From: a virus
Lineage: Duplodnaviria > Caudoviricetes
Virus record (IMG/VR): IMGVR_UViG_3300043177_000122
Span: 32,001 to 96,000 of that record
Reading direction: 5' to 3' (one strand)
Length of the DNA: 64,000 nucleotides
Shown here: piece by piece, positions 1 to 9,433 of the stretch
How positions within the stretch are numbered: position 1 is the stretch's first letter
Layout: the number at the start of each line of letters is the position of its first letter
Translations under genes and position numbers: made by a program
Notes under the pieces: model-generated
What the model was told of the DNA's origin: nothing
The model's database searches: none
What the model saw: the letters and a program-made list of their open reading frames with translations, nothing else

Positions 1-424
1 TCAATAGCAAAAATAGTTCTTGATTCTCTCAAATGTCCAGTTTGTCAATCAAGAATTGATCTTCTAGATTGGAAAGATCGCTCTGATGGAATGACATATA
101 ATTTTTGTTGTTCATCTAATTGGGAGCATTATAGAATATATTTTGTACATTGGGAATTAGTTCCTCGTATTGAATACGAAACTGTTATCGTGTATGAAGG
201 AAAACATCAATATAGAATATCTCAGTTTTCTGCTGATCGGAGGTTTCCTTCAGACAGAACTGAGATTAATATTTTTGAGCTTGATAAGGAAAATAGAATA
301 ATATCTTCCAAAGATAGAAAAATTATTCCTCCTTTTTGATTTCTCTAAAACTACTCGTGAAAAATTAGTTAATCGAGTGAAGACTATATTAGTCTTCTCA
401 TAATTTGTCTCTTCGGAGAATGCA

Positions 425-1358
425 ATGTCAAAGAAAAATCTTTCCCGCACTGTTATTGAGGACGGGCGTTACACCGGCAATAAACGGGAACGTCGTAATT
501 CCCATGCTGAGAATCGCGCAGAACTTCGCAATTATATGCAAGAGGTGCGACTTGATCCTGACAACTATGATGAGTATGATATTGAACCCACTCAACATGT
601 GTACAAAGGATTCAAAGACAAATTAAGACCCATGTACCGATGGCTTAACAGCCAGGTTGGTCGTTCATGGGACGAAGTTTATTCTGATGTAAGAAAGTCT
701 TTTGACACCCGCACAACTGCTGGTCGTCATATTGTTTTCGATCATCTTCTCAGTTCTGTAGAAATTACTGAGAATCCACGTTTTCGTTGGTCATATCGTC
801 CAGAAGACCCGACTACTTCTTATTCAGACAACGATTTCTATGTTGATGCCGAGGGTATTCTTCAAAAGAAGCGATATCTTGGTCGACGTTCTTATCGTAA
901 TAAGGTTCCTTCTTGGGACACTAAACAACTCGCTAATTGGTTAAATGGCCGAATTGTTGGTAAAGTTGGTAAAGTTGGTAATAAGTTCTTCTGTTTCTCT
1001 CCGGTGGGTAAAGCAAAAAAAGCACCGCTACGGTGGCCACGCTCATATCTGGAGAACTACTTGGGGGTATCGTGAATATGGCCCAGTCTTTCAATACCTA
1101 TCCTACGAAATTATTTACAAACTCGACAGCAATGGTCGTCAGGTGCTTGGTGAAGATGGTAAACCTATTGAATTCGAACGTAAACCAAAATGGGTGAATG
1201 CTACTTATACCCCATCTCTTCGCCAAGATCGTAAATTGAATGAAAGAGAAATTGCCTACTGGGAAAGCGTTCCTGAGTATTATCGAACCAAGATTTTGGA
1301 AAAATCTCCAAACTATCCAAAACCACCAAAACCAGATCCTAATCGATATTATTATTGA
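425..1358 (+). pseudogene. Hypothetical protein split by a frameshift (ORFs 425..1075 and 945..1358)
   Basis: Removing one A from the A7 run at 1015-1021 joins the frames (...GKAKK-HRYGGHAHIW...); a 9-bp tandem duplication gives GKVGKVG at ~955-975. Confidence 0.55.
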
Positions 1359-1381
1359 TATCATTATTCTGTCATAGCAAT

Positions 1382-1927
1382 ATGGCAGTCAAAAAGGTTC
1401 ATGGACCCTATAAGCGTAGAGATGGTCGTCAAATCGTTGTCGTTGTTGAAGACGATGATGTTAATGGTTGTGTAACCAGACGCACTATTTCATACCCAAA
1501 ATGGTTATTGGAATTACAATTAGGCCGTAAACTCGATCCTGATTTGGAAACCGTTGATCATATTGATAGTAATTTTGACAATAATAATTTAGACAATTTA
1601 AGGATAATGCCTCGTAAAGAGCATTCGACCGAAGATACTCGTAGAGTAAAATTGGTTAAATTCAAATGCCCGTGGTGTGAAAAAGATTTTGAGCGTAGTC
1701 CTCGTCTTGTAAGAGATAAGGCTCGTAAAAATAAAGCTGGTCCATTCTGTTCTAGAAATTGTGCTGGCAAATATAGCCGAAAATTGCAACTCAAATTAAT
1801 TGATAAATTTGATACGCAGCCGGTTATTGATTCAGAATATTATAAGAAAAAATACGTAAAAGCATTTTGTTCAATTGTTGATAGCGATATGTTAATTGAT
1901 TTTATTTGTGATGTGTGGTCAGAATAA
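1382..1927 (+). CDS. HNH homing endonuclease (HNH_3-like) with C-terminal Cys zinc motifs
   Basis: ETVDHIDSNFDNNNLDNL HNH motif; CPWC and FCSRNC; start taken at MAVKK. Confidence 0.75.
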   Translation: MAVKKVHGPYKRRDGRQIVVVVEDDDVNGCVTRRTISYPKWLLELQLGRKLDPDLETVDHIDSNFDNNNLDNLRIMPRKEHSTEDTRRVKLVKFKCPWCEKDFERSPRLVRDKARKNKAGPFCSRNCAGKYSRKLQLKLIDKFDTQPVIDSEYYKKKYVKAFCSIVDSDMLIDFICDVWSE

Positions 1928-2020
1928 TTTCTTCTATTTGACTTTTGATGCGAAGCGACATATTATGAGCGTTGGTTTATACGCGCATAGTATAAGCTAA
2001 TTACATTAAAGAGGAAAATA

Positions 2021-3091
2021 ATGAAGAAAGTCTTAAAACTATTTAGCATTGCTTTAGCATGCATTGGTTTAGTAGCACTACCTTCCATAGCACAAGCCCA
2101 AGAGGTAACTCTGAGAGCGGAACCTGGCGTAGCCATTCCACTCACGGATCCTCAGGCTCAGCGCTTTGGGGTAGGTGGAGCTATCGCGGTTAAACCAGAG
2201 ATTACTCTGTTCCACTTCTTAGGGCTTGGTCCTAGTGTTCAGTGGATTGGTCTTCCATCTAACGTCTCTGGCGTAGATGCTGGTACCGCTACTCGATTGG
2301 GTGCATTTGCAAGAGTCAAGCGTCCACATGATGAAACCAACACTGGTCGTGGTTTTTCTGCAGCGTCCCCTTGGGTTGATGCTGATATTGGCTATGTTCA
2401 GACTGATGGTCTTGATCGTCTAGGCACTAGCATTGCTGCTGGTGTACAAGTCCCAACTAGCGATTCACGTTGGCTATGGGTTGGCCCATTTGCCCGTTAC
2501 GATCTTGTTAATCAAGAAGATGGTAAGCGTTTGGTAAACACCAATAGCGCGAAAACTTTAATTCTTGGTCTAAGCTTTGAAATTGGTGCACCTGCTCCAA
2601 AGAAAGCTGAACCAAAGAAAGCTGAACCAAAGAAAGCTGAACCAAAGAAGGCTGAGCTGCCACCCCCTCCACCCCCTCCAGTTGTGGAAAGGCCAAAAAA
2701 ACCAGAACCTCCTCCAGTTGTTGAAGAAACTGTTGTGAAGTTTAAGCCGCGCATTCAATTTGCGTGTGATTCCGCAGTGCTTGATCAGGCGCAGCAGATT
2801 GTGCTAAAGGATGTTGTCAAGTCTCTTTTGGCTGATAAGTCTTACAAAGTACGGATTGAAGGTCATGCATCTTCTGAAGGTCCAGTTGAGCACAATAACA
2901 AGTTAGCTCAGCGTAGAGCTGATTCGGTACGCAATTTCCTCATTGCCAATGGTGTTGACGGAAGTCGCTTAACTGCTACTGGATTTGGTTCCAGGGTGCC
3001 AGTTGCCGATAATAAGACTGAGGCTGGACGTATCCAGAACCGAAGAGTCGAATTCGACGTATCATTTGTAGTGGTGAAAGAGAGTAAATAA
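2021..3091 (+). CDS. OmpA-family outer membrane protein (signal peptide, beta-barrel-like N-domain, Pro/Lys linker, OmpA C-domain)
   Basis: Signal peptide ending AQA; IEGHAS...NNKLAQRRADSV...GFGSRVPVADN...NRRVEF OmpA_C motifs. Confidence 0.9.
   Translation: MKKVLKLFSIALACIGLVALPSIAQAQEVTLRAEPGVAIPLTDPQAQRFGVGGAIAVKPEITLFHFLGLGPSVQWIGLPSNVSGVDAGTATRLGAFARVKRPHDETNTGRGFSAASPWVDADIGYVQTDGLDRLGTSIAAGVQVPTSDSRWLWVGPFARYDLVNQEDGKRLVNTNSAKTLILGLSFEIGAPAPKKAEPKKAEPKKAEPKKAELPPPPPPPVVERPKKPEPPPVVEETVVKFKPRIQFACDSAVLDQAQQIVLKDVVKSLLADKSYKVRIEGHASSEGPVEHNNKLAQRRADSVRNFLIANGVDGSRLTATGFGSRVPVADNKTEAGRIQNRRVEFDVSFVVVKESK
2587..2654 (+). repeat. 15-bp tandem repeat encoding (PKKAE)x4
   Basis: ccaaagaaagctgaa units in the OmpA linker. 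Confidence 0.85.
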
Positions 3092-3093
3092 CA

Positions 3094-3948
3094 ATGAAAA
3101 AACTAGTGTGTGTTTGCTCGTTGCTTTTAGCAGCGATTGCAGTTGGATGTGGGTCTCAAGTAGTAGAGTTTGCTGAGGCCACCGGCAGCGATGCTGGTGC
3201 ACCCCCAACTCTTCTTGAGCCGCCTCCTACTGAGGGTTGTGTCGATCAGAACTGTCCTTTGGGACAAGCCTGTCGAGATGGAGTATGTACTGTAGTTGAT
3301 CCTTGTGAGGGAGTAGTTTGCCCTGAAGGTAATGTTTGCCGCGATGGTGCCTGCGTTGCAGTTGACCCATGTGCAGGTGTAATTTGTCCAGAAGGTTCTG
3401 TTTGTAAAGATGGAACTTGCACTCCAGTTGATCCTTGTGCTGGTGTAATTTGTCCAGAAGGCGCTCAATGCGTTGATGGTACTTGTGTAACTCCAGGCCC
3501 ATGTGCTGGTGTAGTTTGCGAAGCTGGTACTTGTGTTAACGGACAATGTGTTGTTCCAGAAACTGATGGTGGAACAGACAGTGGCCCAGTTGATCCATGT
3601 GTTGGAGTGGTATGTGATGGTGGTACTTGTGTCAATGGTCAATGTGTACCAAATGATCCATGTGCTGGCGTTACTTGCCCACCAAATTCTACCTGCCAGA
3701 ATGGAACCTGTACACCAGTTGATCCTTGTGCCGGAGTTCAGTGCCCTGAAAGCCGCGTCTGTCAAAACGGAGTTTGTGTATGTGATGGAGATCACGATGA
3801 TGATAAGGTTTGCCGTGAAGGTAAGACTCTAATTTGTCATCGTGCCGGTCCACATGGCAAGAAAGTACAACTATGTGTTGGTAATCCTGCTGTCAAGGCG
3901 CACTTGAAGCATGGTGATAAGGTTGGCGACTGCGACCTTTGCCACTGA
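3094..3948 (+). CDS. Cys-rich repeat lipoprotein, myxobacterial style
   Basis: Lipobox-like LAAIAVGC; about 8 four-Cys units DPCxGVxCPxGxxCxxGxC; C-terminal ICH...AHLKHGD..GDC module. Confidence 0.75.
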   Translation: MKKLVCVCSLLLAAIAVGCGSQVVEFAEATGSDAGAPPTLLEPPPTEGCVDQNCPLGQACRDGVCTVVDPCEGVVCPEGNVCRDGACVAVDPCAGVICPEGSVCKDGTCTPVDPCAGVICPEGAQCVDGTCVTPGPCAGVVCEAGTCVNGQCVVPETDGGTDSGPVDPCVGVVCDGGTCVNGQCVPNDPCAGVTCPPNSTCQNGTCTPVDPCAGVQCPESRVCQNGVCVCDGDHDDDKVCREGKTLICHRAGPHGKKVQLCVGNPAVKAHLKHGDKVGDCDLCH

Positions 3949-3968
3949 TCATTAGTTGTTGATGTAAA

Positions 3969-4006
3969 TGACCTATACCGTAAAAAGTGTAGGTCATTCT
4001 ATTTTT
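3969..4006 (+). terminator. Probable rho-independent terminator
   Basis: atgacctatac/gtgtaggtcat stem followed by a T-rich tract. Confidence 0.6.
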
Positions 4007-4021
4007 ACAGAATGGCACACC

Positions 4022-4050
4022 TTGACGGCGCCAAAAATAATGAATATACT
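4022..4050 (+). promoter_or_regulatory. sigma70-like promoter
   Basis: TTGACG-N17-TATACT upstream of ORF 4066 and the RNase P RNA. Confidence 0.65.
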
Positions 4051-4065
4051 ACTGAGTGAAAAGTT

Positions 4066-4395
4066 ATGAGCTTACCTTGGTCTCGAAATATGAAGCTGGA
4101 TCCTGGGACATTTGGAGGATCTCCTGCATGTCATGTTCTAGTTGATATGATGAATAACGATGTAATCCCTGTACAAGAGAAACATCGTGTATTGTCATTT
4201 ATTAATAGTGCCATTATACATTTCCAGGCCCTCTCAGATATAAAAAGTTATGGTATCCGTTCTTACGCAATGAATCTAATGAGAGATGATTTGTTCGCTA
4301 AAATTGATCGGATGGCTTATCCAGAGAAGTTTAATTCACACCTGAAAAACGTGTTGACTCACCATCTCAGGCGATACTTGAATGGAGCAATCTAG
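4066..4395 (+). CDS. Hypothetical protein; last codons overlap the 5' strand of RNase P helix P1
   Basis: ORF track; promoter directly upstream. Confidence 0.55.
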   Translation: MSLPWSRNMKLDPGTFGGSPACHVLVDMMNNDVIPVQEKHRVLSFINSAIIHFQALSDIKSYGIRSYAMNLMRDDLFAKIDRMAYPEKFNSHLKNVLTHHLRRYLNGAI

Positions 4396-4712
4396 ACAAT
4401 CGCTCCGTAAGGAGAGGAAAGTCGGAGCTACACAGGACAATCTGCTGGCTAACGGCCAGGCGTAGTGATACGACGGAAAGTGCAACAGAAAATAAACCGC
4501 CCGCAATGGTAAGGGTGAAATGGCAGTGTAAGAGACTACCGCATTTATAGTGATATAAATGGCAAGGTAAACCCCAGATGTAGCAAGCTAAACAGAGAGT
4601 GACTTGTCCGGTCAATACTCTCGGGTTAGTGCTGGAGCAGCTAAGCAATTAGTTGCCAAGATTAATGATTGTCTCGATTAATAGACAGGACTCCGCTTAT
4701 AGGATTACTCCA
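4383..4712 (+). ncRNA. rnpB: Bacterial-type RNase P RNA
   Basis: Conserved segments GAGGAAAGTC, GAAAGTGCAACAGA, GGTAAGGGTGAAA, GGTAAACCCC, AGCAAG and ACAG..CTCCGCTTA; P1 (TGGAGCAATCTA/TAGGATTACTCCA), P2 (GACAATCG/TGATTGTC), P3 (CTCC-GTAA-GGAG) and P4 (CGGAG/CTCCG) all pair. Confidence 0.92.
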
Positions 4713-4758
4713 TTCAAGTTCCTGTTTCTTGACAAATAACAAATATATAAGGATTATA

Positions 4759-5451
4759 ATGGCAGATAAAGTTACCACTGTTAGCGCAAAGGGTTGCGTT
4801 GTAACAGATTTTGACACGGCTACATTTGCACTCTCATTTAATGAGTTTGCCCCCAAAGCGAAGGACGCAAAACTTAAGTTAAAGAAAGGCACGGCAAAAA
4901 TTACTGCTGTGCTTGATGAGCTTAAGAAACGAGGCTTGGAGTTTTTGACGAATAATTATCGTAGTAATGTTACTGTACAACCAAACTACGTTTATGATCG
5001 CAATACTCATCAACAGAGATTAGAAGGACAGAAAGCTACTTATTCTGTTACATTCCAGACACCTACATTGGAAATGGTCAATGAAGCATACGATGTGCTT
5101 TCTGAGATTGAGGTTAATGAGTTGACCATCAATTCTCCTACCTATTCAGTTAGGTCTGAGGCGCAGTTCAAACAACAAGCTCTAGAAGATGCTTGGAAGG
5201 TTGCACAAGTTCTATTCGCAAACCAATGTAAAGTTCTTGGTTTTGATGAGAAAAAGTTCTCTGTTGATAGTTGGCAAGTTAACTATAGTGGTTATGACCA
5301 TGGTGGTTTTGCTAAGGGACGTAGCTATTCAAATGCTGTAATGGCAGGTGGTGCAGGTCCCGAAATGAGCGATGACGCTATTGAATTAAATGCGGGCCGT
5401 GCTATTATTGAAGTAGTTCTTACTGTCGATTACGTTCGTTCTGGATCATGA
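4759..5451 (+). CDS. SIMPL/DUF541-family protein
   Basis: Family-like layout (V.AKG.V.TDFDTA..., QQALEDAWKVA, I.LNAG...V.LTV); start moved to MADKV because the upstream part of the ORF is RNase P RNA. Confidence 0.65.
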   Translation: MADKVTTVSAKGCVVTDFDTATFALSFNEFAPKAKDAKLKLKKGTAKITAVLDELKKRGLEFLTNNYRSNVTVQPNYVYDRNTHQQRLEGQKATYSVTFQTPTLEMVNEAYDVLSEIEVNELTINSPTYSVRSEAQFKQQALEDAWKVAQVLFANQCKVLGFDEKKFSVDSWQVNYSGYDHGGFAKGRSYSNAVMAGGAGPEMSDDAIELNAGRAIIEVVLTVDYVRSGS

Positions 5452-6131
5452 AAATTAAGCTAGCCTATCCAAAAATTCCTGACACATTAGATTGCCCACT
5501 CAAGCAATGTATTGCGTTTGAGAAGCTAGATGGAACTAATCTGCATTGGCTTTGGAGTAAGGATAAAGGTTGGCATGCATTTGGAACTCGTCGAGATAGG
5601 TTTAACTTAGATGAACAAGGGATTGTTTCTTTCAATCAAGCTCACCCTGGTTTGGAAGAAGCAGTCTCTCTGTTCAATAAATCATATGCTCATCTTGAAG
5701 AATATCCAATCTCTCATAAGTATGGTCCCGGAGAGGTAATCTTATTCACTGAATTTTTAGGAAACAAATCTTTCGCGGGCAGCCATCAAAAAGATGATCC
5801 AAAAAGATTGGTCTTGTTTGATGTGCAAACTACTAATGGAATTATACCACCTGATCAATTTATAATTGATTTTGGACAATTTGAAGATATTCCTGAAAAT
5901 ACTTCTGGAAATAAAATTGCAGGTTTTCATATTCCTAAAATTGTTTTTTCTGGAAAGTTTTCCGGACAACTCTTTGTAGATGTAAGAAAAAACAAATTTA
6001 ATCTAAATGAAGGCGTGGTAGTTAAAGGGGTTTTTAGTGGTCAGATTTATATGGCTAAGATAAAAACAGAAGCCTATTTAGAGCGCCTGAAGAAAGAAAT
6101 GCCAAACGATTGGAAAAATTACTGGGAATGA
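5448..6131 (+). CDS. RNA ligase-like nucleotidyltransferase
   Basis: Motif I AFEKLDGTN, III FTEF, IIIa LFDV, IV EGVVVK, V MAKIK. Confidence 0.7.
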   Translation: MKIKLAYPKIPDTLDCPLKQCIAFEKLDGTNLHWLWSKDKGWHAFGTRRDRFNLDEQGIVSFNQAHPGLEEAVSLFNKSYAHLEEYPISHKYGPGEVILFTEFLGNKSFAGSHQKDDPKRLVLFDVQTTNGIIPPDQFIIDFGQFEDIPENTSGNKIAGFHIPKIVFSGKFSGQLFVDVRKNKFNLNEGVVVKGVFSGQIYMAKIKTEAYLERLKKEMPNDWKNYWE

Positions 6132-6198
6132 GCCGGACATAAATAAACCAATTGTATAATTTGATTTAGAAAGATCAATTCTTTTTCTTTTGATTTTG

Positions 6199-6240
6199 TT
6201 GACACTACTGGATTCGTGTATATAGTATATAAATATACAC
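6199..6240 (+). promoter_or_regulatory. sigma70-like promoter with an inverted repeat over the -10 box
   Basis: TTGACA-N16-TATAGT; GTGTATAT (6216-6223) and ATATACAC (6233-6240) form a perfect inverted repeat. Confidence 0.6.
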
Positions 6241-6271
6241 GAGGTATGTCCTCTAATTTCGGAGAATAACG

Positions 6272-6604
6272 ATGAGTTCAAAAGATGTCGAGCGTATGAC
6301 CGCTTTTTCCAAAGAAGTTTATGAAGCTGCTGAGCATGCCGTTCAGGCAATGGCTGAAGGCGAACGCATTCAAATCAAACAACTGGCACAAGTAGTTGGA
6401 TTGGCTTTAGCTAAGGACCCAAAGGATGTTTTAGGTTTTGTCAATCATTACGCCCATGACAATAGCCTTTCTTACGTAACACGCGGAAAGAATGGTGGTA
6501 TCATTAGGGGCACTAAGCCAGCCAAAGTAGTCAAGGCACCTAAACGCCAAAAGAAAGCTGATACAATTGTAACAGATTCGGTTGTTGATCCTGCGACTAA
6601 CTAA
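6272..6604 (+). CDS. Small putative winged-helix DNA-binding protein with a Lys-rich tail
   Basis: Helical N-part, wing-like YVTRGKNGGII, tail TKPAKVVKAPKRQKK; inferred only. Confidence 0.35.
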   Translation: MSSKDVERMTAFSKEVYEAAEHAVQAMAEGERIQIKQLAQVVGLALAKDPKDVLGFVNHYAHDNSLSYVTRGKNGGIIRGTKPAKVVKAPKRQKKADTIVTDSVVDPATN

Positions 6605-6632
6605 TGAGTAAAGAGCGAGGTGTTCTAGCTCA

Positions 6633-6965
6633 ATGACATTTGTTCATTATAATGGTAAGATAGTTAATACTACTATTATTGAATGGATAGATTATCATAA
6701 TCTTGCCAAAATGGGTTACATCAGGGTATATTGTAAAGATTCTGTTGGTGAAGTTGTTGAAGGGCCGGAAGCTTTCAATATCGTTATGTTATTGTGTCCT
6801 GATGCATTAGAGGGGCATGATGCGAAATATCATCGTCATGCCTGGGCCATTCATAATTTAATTGGGCACCCCTTGATGCAGTTGCTGTCGTGGTTACGTT
6901 TGTCGTCCCTGGCAATCAAAGTTCATGATGCTACGGTGCCTAACCCAAAGATTATCAATGGATAG
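6633..6965 (+). CDS. Hypothetical protein
   Basis: ORF with RBS in a co-directional cluster. Confidence 0.5.
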   Translation: MTFVHYNGKIVNTTIIEWIDYHNLAKMGYIRVYCKDSVGEVVEGPEAFNIVMLLCPDALEGHDAKYHRHAWAIHNLIGHPLMQLLSWLRLSSLAIKVHDATVPNPKIING

Positions 6966-7302
6966 AACAATTGGAACACTCTCAGTTTTACCGTCAGATC
7001 AGTTACTTGAACTTCAACAACTGACAGCGGATGAGAAGCGAAGATACATTCAAGCTGGGTATGCCGATTTTACGCTCCAACAATTAGTTTTGTTTCGAGC
7101 GGATGGCACGAGTGTTATAGCTCCGTTCGCAATGTTTGAGCCAACTCCAAACGAAACCCCAGATTTCCATGATCTTGAAATCATTGATTATGGTCAGGCC
7201 GTGCGTCTCGGGAGCTATGAAGCGAGCGCCAGATCCATCCTCATTGATTTGGATCCTGAGTATAAAAAATATTGCGACTCGATTAGACGAGATACTAATT
7301 AG
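6958..7302 (+). CDS. DUF2442-like protein
   Basis: TPDFHDLEIIDYGQAVRLGSYEAS resembles myxobacterial DUF2442-like proteins; start MDRTI. Confidence 0.45.
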   Translation: MDRTIGTLSVLPSDQLLELQQLTADEKRRYIQAGYADFTLQQLVLFRADGTSVIAPFAMFEPTPNETPDFHDLEIIDYGQAVRLGSYEASARSILIDLDPEYKKYCDSIRRDTN

Positions 7303-7339
7303 ACCGAAAATTTGATTGACCGTAAGTTATATCATATGT

Positions 7340-7898
7340 ATGGCTCGCTCACTTTATGACATACCAAACGCTTGCATATGTTCGATTTACGTAATCAAAA
7401 ATTCAGTAAACAATAAAGTTTATGTTGGCCAAACATGGCGCTCAATCGAACGCAGATTTCAAGTACATTTACAGAGTAGTACCGCTAACCATTGTTTAAA
7501 GCTTCGCAGAGCTATCAATAAATATGGTAGCAAAAAAATTTCACATTGAACTATTAACTTTTTGCCATTCTCAAGAGATAGCTGATTATTGGGAAATCTT
7601 TTTTATCAGGAAGTTTGATAGCGTGAAGAATGGATACAATATACTTGAGTTTGCTAACAATCGTAAAGGCACTAAACACTCAATAAAAACTAAGAGAAAA
7701 ATGTCAGTAGCCCGCAAAGGTGAGAATAACGCTAATTCAATATTAGAGACTTGGCAAGTAGACCAAATTAGGAATGAGTATGAGAATTACTCAAACCCTA
7801 AAACTGGAAGTAAATATGGTGCAATAACTTTTCTTTCTAAGAGGTACAGAGTGGGGATTTCAACAATTTTTGAAATAGTAAAAGGTCAGGCTTGGTGA
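7340..7898 (+). pseudogene. GIY-YIG homing endonuclease, frameshifted
   Basis: SIYVIKN...VYVGQT; removing one A from A7 at 7532-7538 restores KYGSKKFHIE and the C-terminal part. Confidence 0.8.
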
Positions 7899-8437
7899 TG
7901 CCTACTCACTTGGAGATAGAGAGAAAGTTCTTGGTCAAATTTCCGTCAGATTGGTCAGCACTTGCTGAGTTGTTTGATGGTATAGTAGATGTAAAACGCA
8001 TCTCTCAAACTTATTTAAAACCAGAACCTGGCGAACAAGCTGGACGAGTAAGAAAAACAGTAGAAGGGATAACTGGTGAGACTGAAACTGTATACCACCA
8101 TAATCAAAAGAAGCCAACAGGCGATACTGGAGTGCATGAAGAAACCGAATCTGAAATTACAGAGAAGGAGTACAACCAGGCACTTAAGAGAGCAAACCCT
8201 GATAAATGCGCTGTTGAAAAGACCAGATTCGTTTTTAAGTGGCACGATCAAGTTTTTGAGCTTGACCTATTCAAAGGGCACCTCAAGGGGTTGGCTATAC
8301 TGGAAATTGAATTAAAAGATAAAGATGATACGGTGGAGTTACCACCATTTTTAAAAGTAATTAAAGAAGTAACTAAGGATAAAAAGTTTACTAATTTTAG
8401 TTTGGCGGATAAGAAGTTAAAAGAAAGACGTGAGTGA
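7892..8437 (+). CDS. CYTH (triphosphate tunnel) protein
   Basis: EIERKF, KTR, FELD and LEIEL motifs. Confidence 0.85.
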   Translation: MVMPTHLEIERKFLVKFPSDWSALAELFDGIVDVKRISQTYLKPEPGEQAGRVRKTVEGITGETETVYHHNQKKPTGDTGVHEETESEITEKEYNQALKRANPDKCAVEKTRFVFKWHDQVFELDLFKGHLKGLAILEIELKDKDDTVELPPFLKVIKEVTKDKKFTNFSLADKKLKERRE

Positions 8438-8440
8438 TTT

Positions 8441-8656
8441 ATGGGAAAACTAAAGGGTCTTTCAGCTCAAATTACTGAAATGTTGGACAAGATTCTCCCC
8501 GATGAGATGTGTTGTGCAATTGTTTTGATTGATCTGAAAGAAAAAGAAGTATCTACTGTCTCTAATCTTTCTGATGAAAGCATCATAGTTTTATTGGAAA
8601 AAGCTGCTGAAGCCATGAGAACTCCTGAAGAAGTAGATGATTTGAAAATGAATTAA
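8441..8656 (+). CDS. Hypothetical protein
   Basis: ORF track. Confidence 0.5.
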   Translation: MGKLKGLSAQITEMLDKILPDEMCCAIVLIDLKEKEVSTVSNLSDESIIVLLEKAAEAMRTPEEVDDLKMN

Positions 8657-8660
8657 GCAT

Positions 8661-8685
8661 ACTAATAATCGGATATATAATACAC
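8661..8685 (+). promoter_or_regulatory. Recurrent AATAA-N3-GATATA motif upstream of a tRNA cluster (candidate phage promoter)
   Basis: Same motif at 10333, 18201, 58056 and 60565, and with N1 spacing at 57445. Confidence 0.5.
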
Positions 8686-8693
8686 AGCATTAG

Positions 8694-8769
8694 GTGGCAG
8701 TACCCAATCGGATAAGGGAGCTGTCTGCAAAACAGCTATGAGCTGGTTCGACTCCAGCCTGCGACTCCA
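8694..8769 (+). tRNA. tRNA-Cys(GCA)
   Basis: Cloverleaf, loop CT-GCA-AA, U73, encoded CCA; one acceptor mismatch. Confidence 0.85.
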
Positions 8770-8777
8770 TCGCCTAC

Positions 8778-8867
8778 GGAAGGGTGCGTGAGTGGCTTAA
8801 ACGGCTACCCTGGAAAGGTAGTGACCTCGCAAGGGGTCCGAGGGTTCGAATCCCTCCTCTTCCGCCA
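8778..8867 (+). tRNA. tRNA-Ser(GGA)
   Basis: Cloverleaf, long variable arm, CCA. Confidence 0.95.
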
Positions 8868-8878
8868 AACCATAATAC

Positions 8879-8968
8879 GGAAACGTGACCGAGAGGCTTA
8901 TGGTACTCGTCTTGAAAACGAGAGATCCTGAAAGGGGTCCGTGGGTTCGAATCCTACCGTTTCCGCCA
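8879..8968 (+). tRNA. tRNA-Ser(TGA)
   Basis: Cloverleaf, long variable arm, CCA. Confidence 0.95.
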
Positions 8969-9193
8969 AAGGTAATTAACAATGTGTTATTTGTGTTTAG
9001 AAGATTTTGAATTCGAATTACCTGCCAATCCTAATTTAGATCAGAAAAAGGAAAGGCTTGTAACTATTAAATACCTGCTAAATTTAGCTTCATGGGCCAG
9101 TGCATTTGAGCTTCCTACTTGTGAAGGAAAAGTGGAAGAATTGAAGGCAGAACAATATAGATTGAGCAGAGATTTTTAATTTAGGCAAGTATA

Positions 9194-9433
9194 ATGGAAA
9201 ATCCAGCAACGTGGACTCCGCTTCATCATGAGATTCATGAAGCGTATTATAGATCTCCAGATGGAACTAGTGCAGTTCTAAAAGTATTACAAAACCATAA
9301 TTATCGTGTTACAGCGGAACAAGTTCAAGCTGTTATTAATTAGCACAATGAAGATATGGAACAACATATTTGTGGATTATCCTTGCCATCTATGGTAGTA
9401 AATGCATTGGCCAAGGAAGAAAACAAATGGTAA
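9194..9433 (+). pseudogene. Hypothetical protein with an in-frame TAG at 9341-9343
   Basis: MENPATW...VIN*HNEDMEQH...KW*; final stop overlaps the next start. Confidence 0.45.

Noticed and set aside
1010-1025. Programmed frameshift at A-AAA-AAG
   Set aside because: The downstream ORF is in the +1 frame, not -1, and similar homopolymer indels occur throughout the window
4367-4758. ORF 4367..4648 (-) and the N-terminal extension of ORF 4669..5451
   Set aside because: They overlap the RNase P RNA; the SIMPL gene more plausibly starts at 4759
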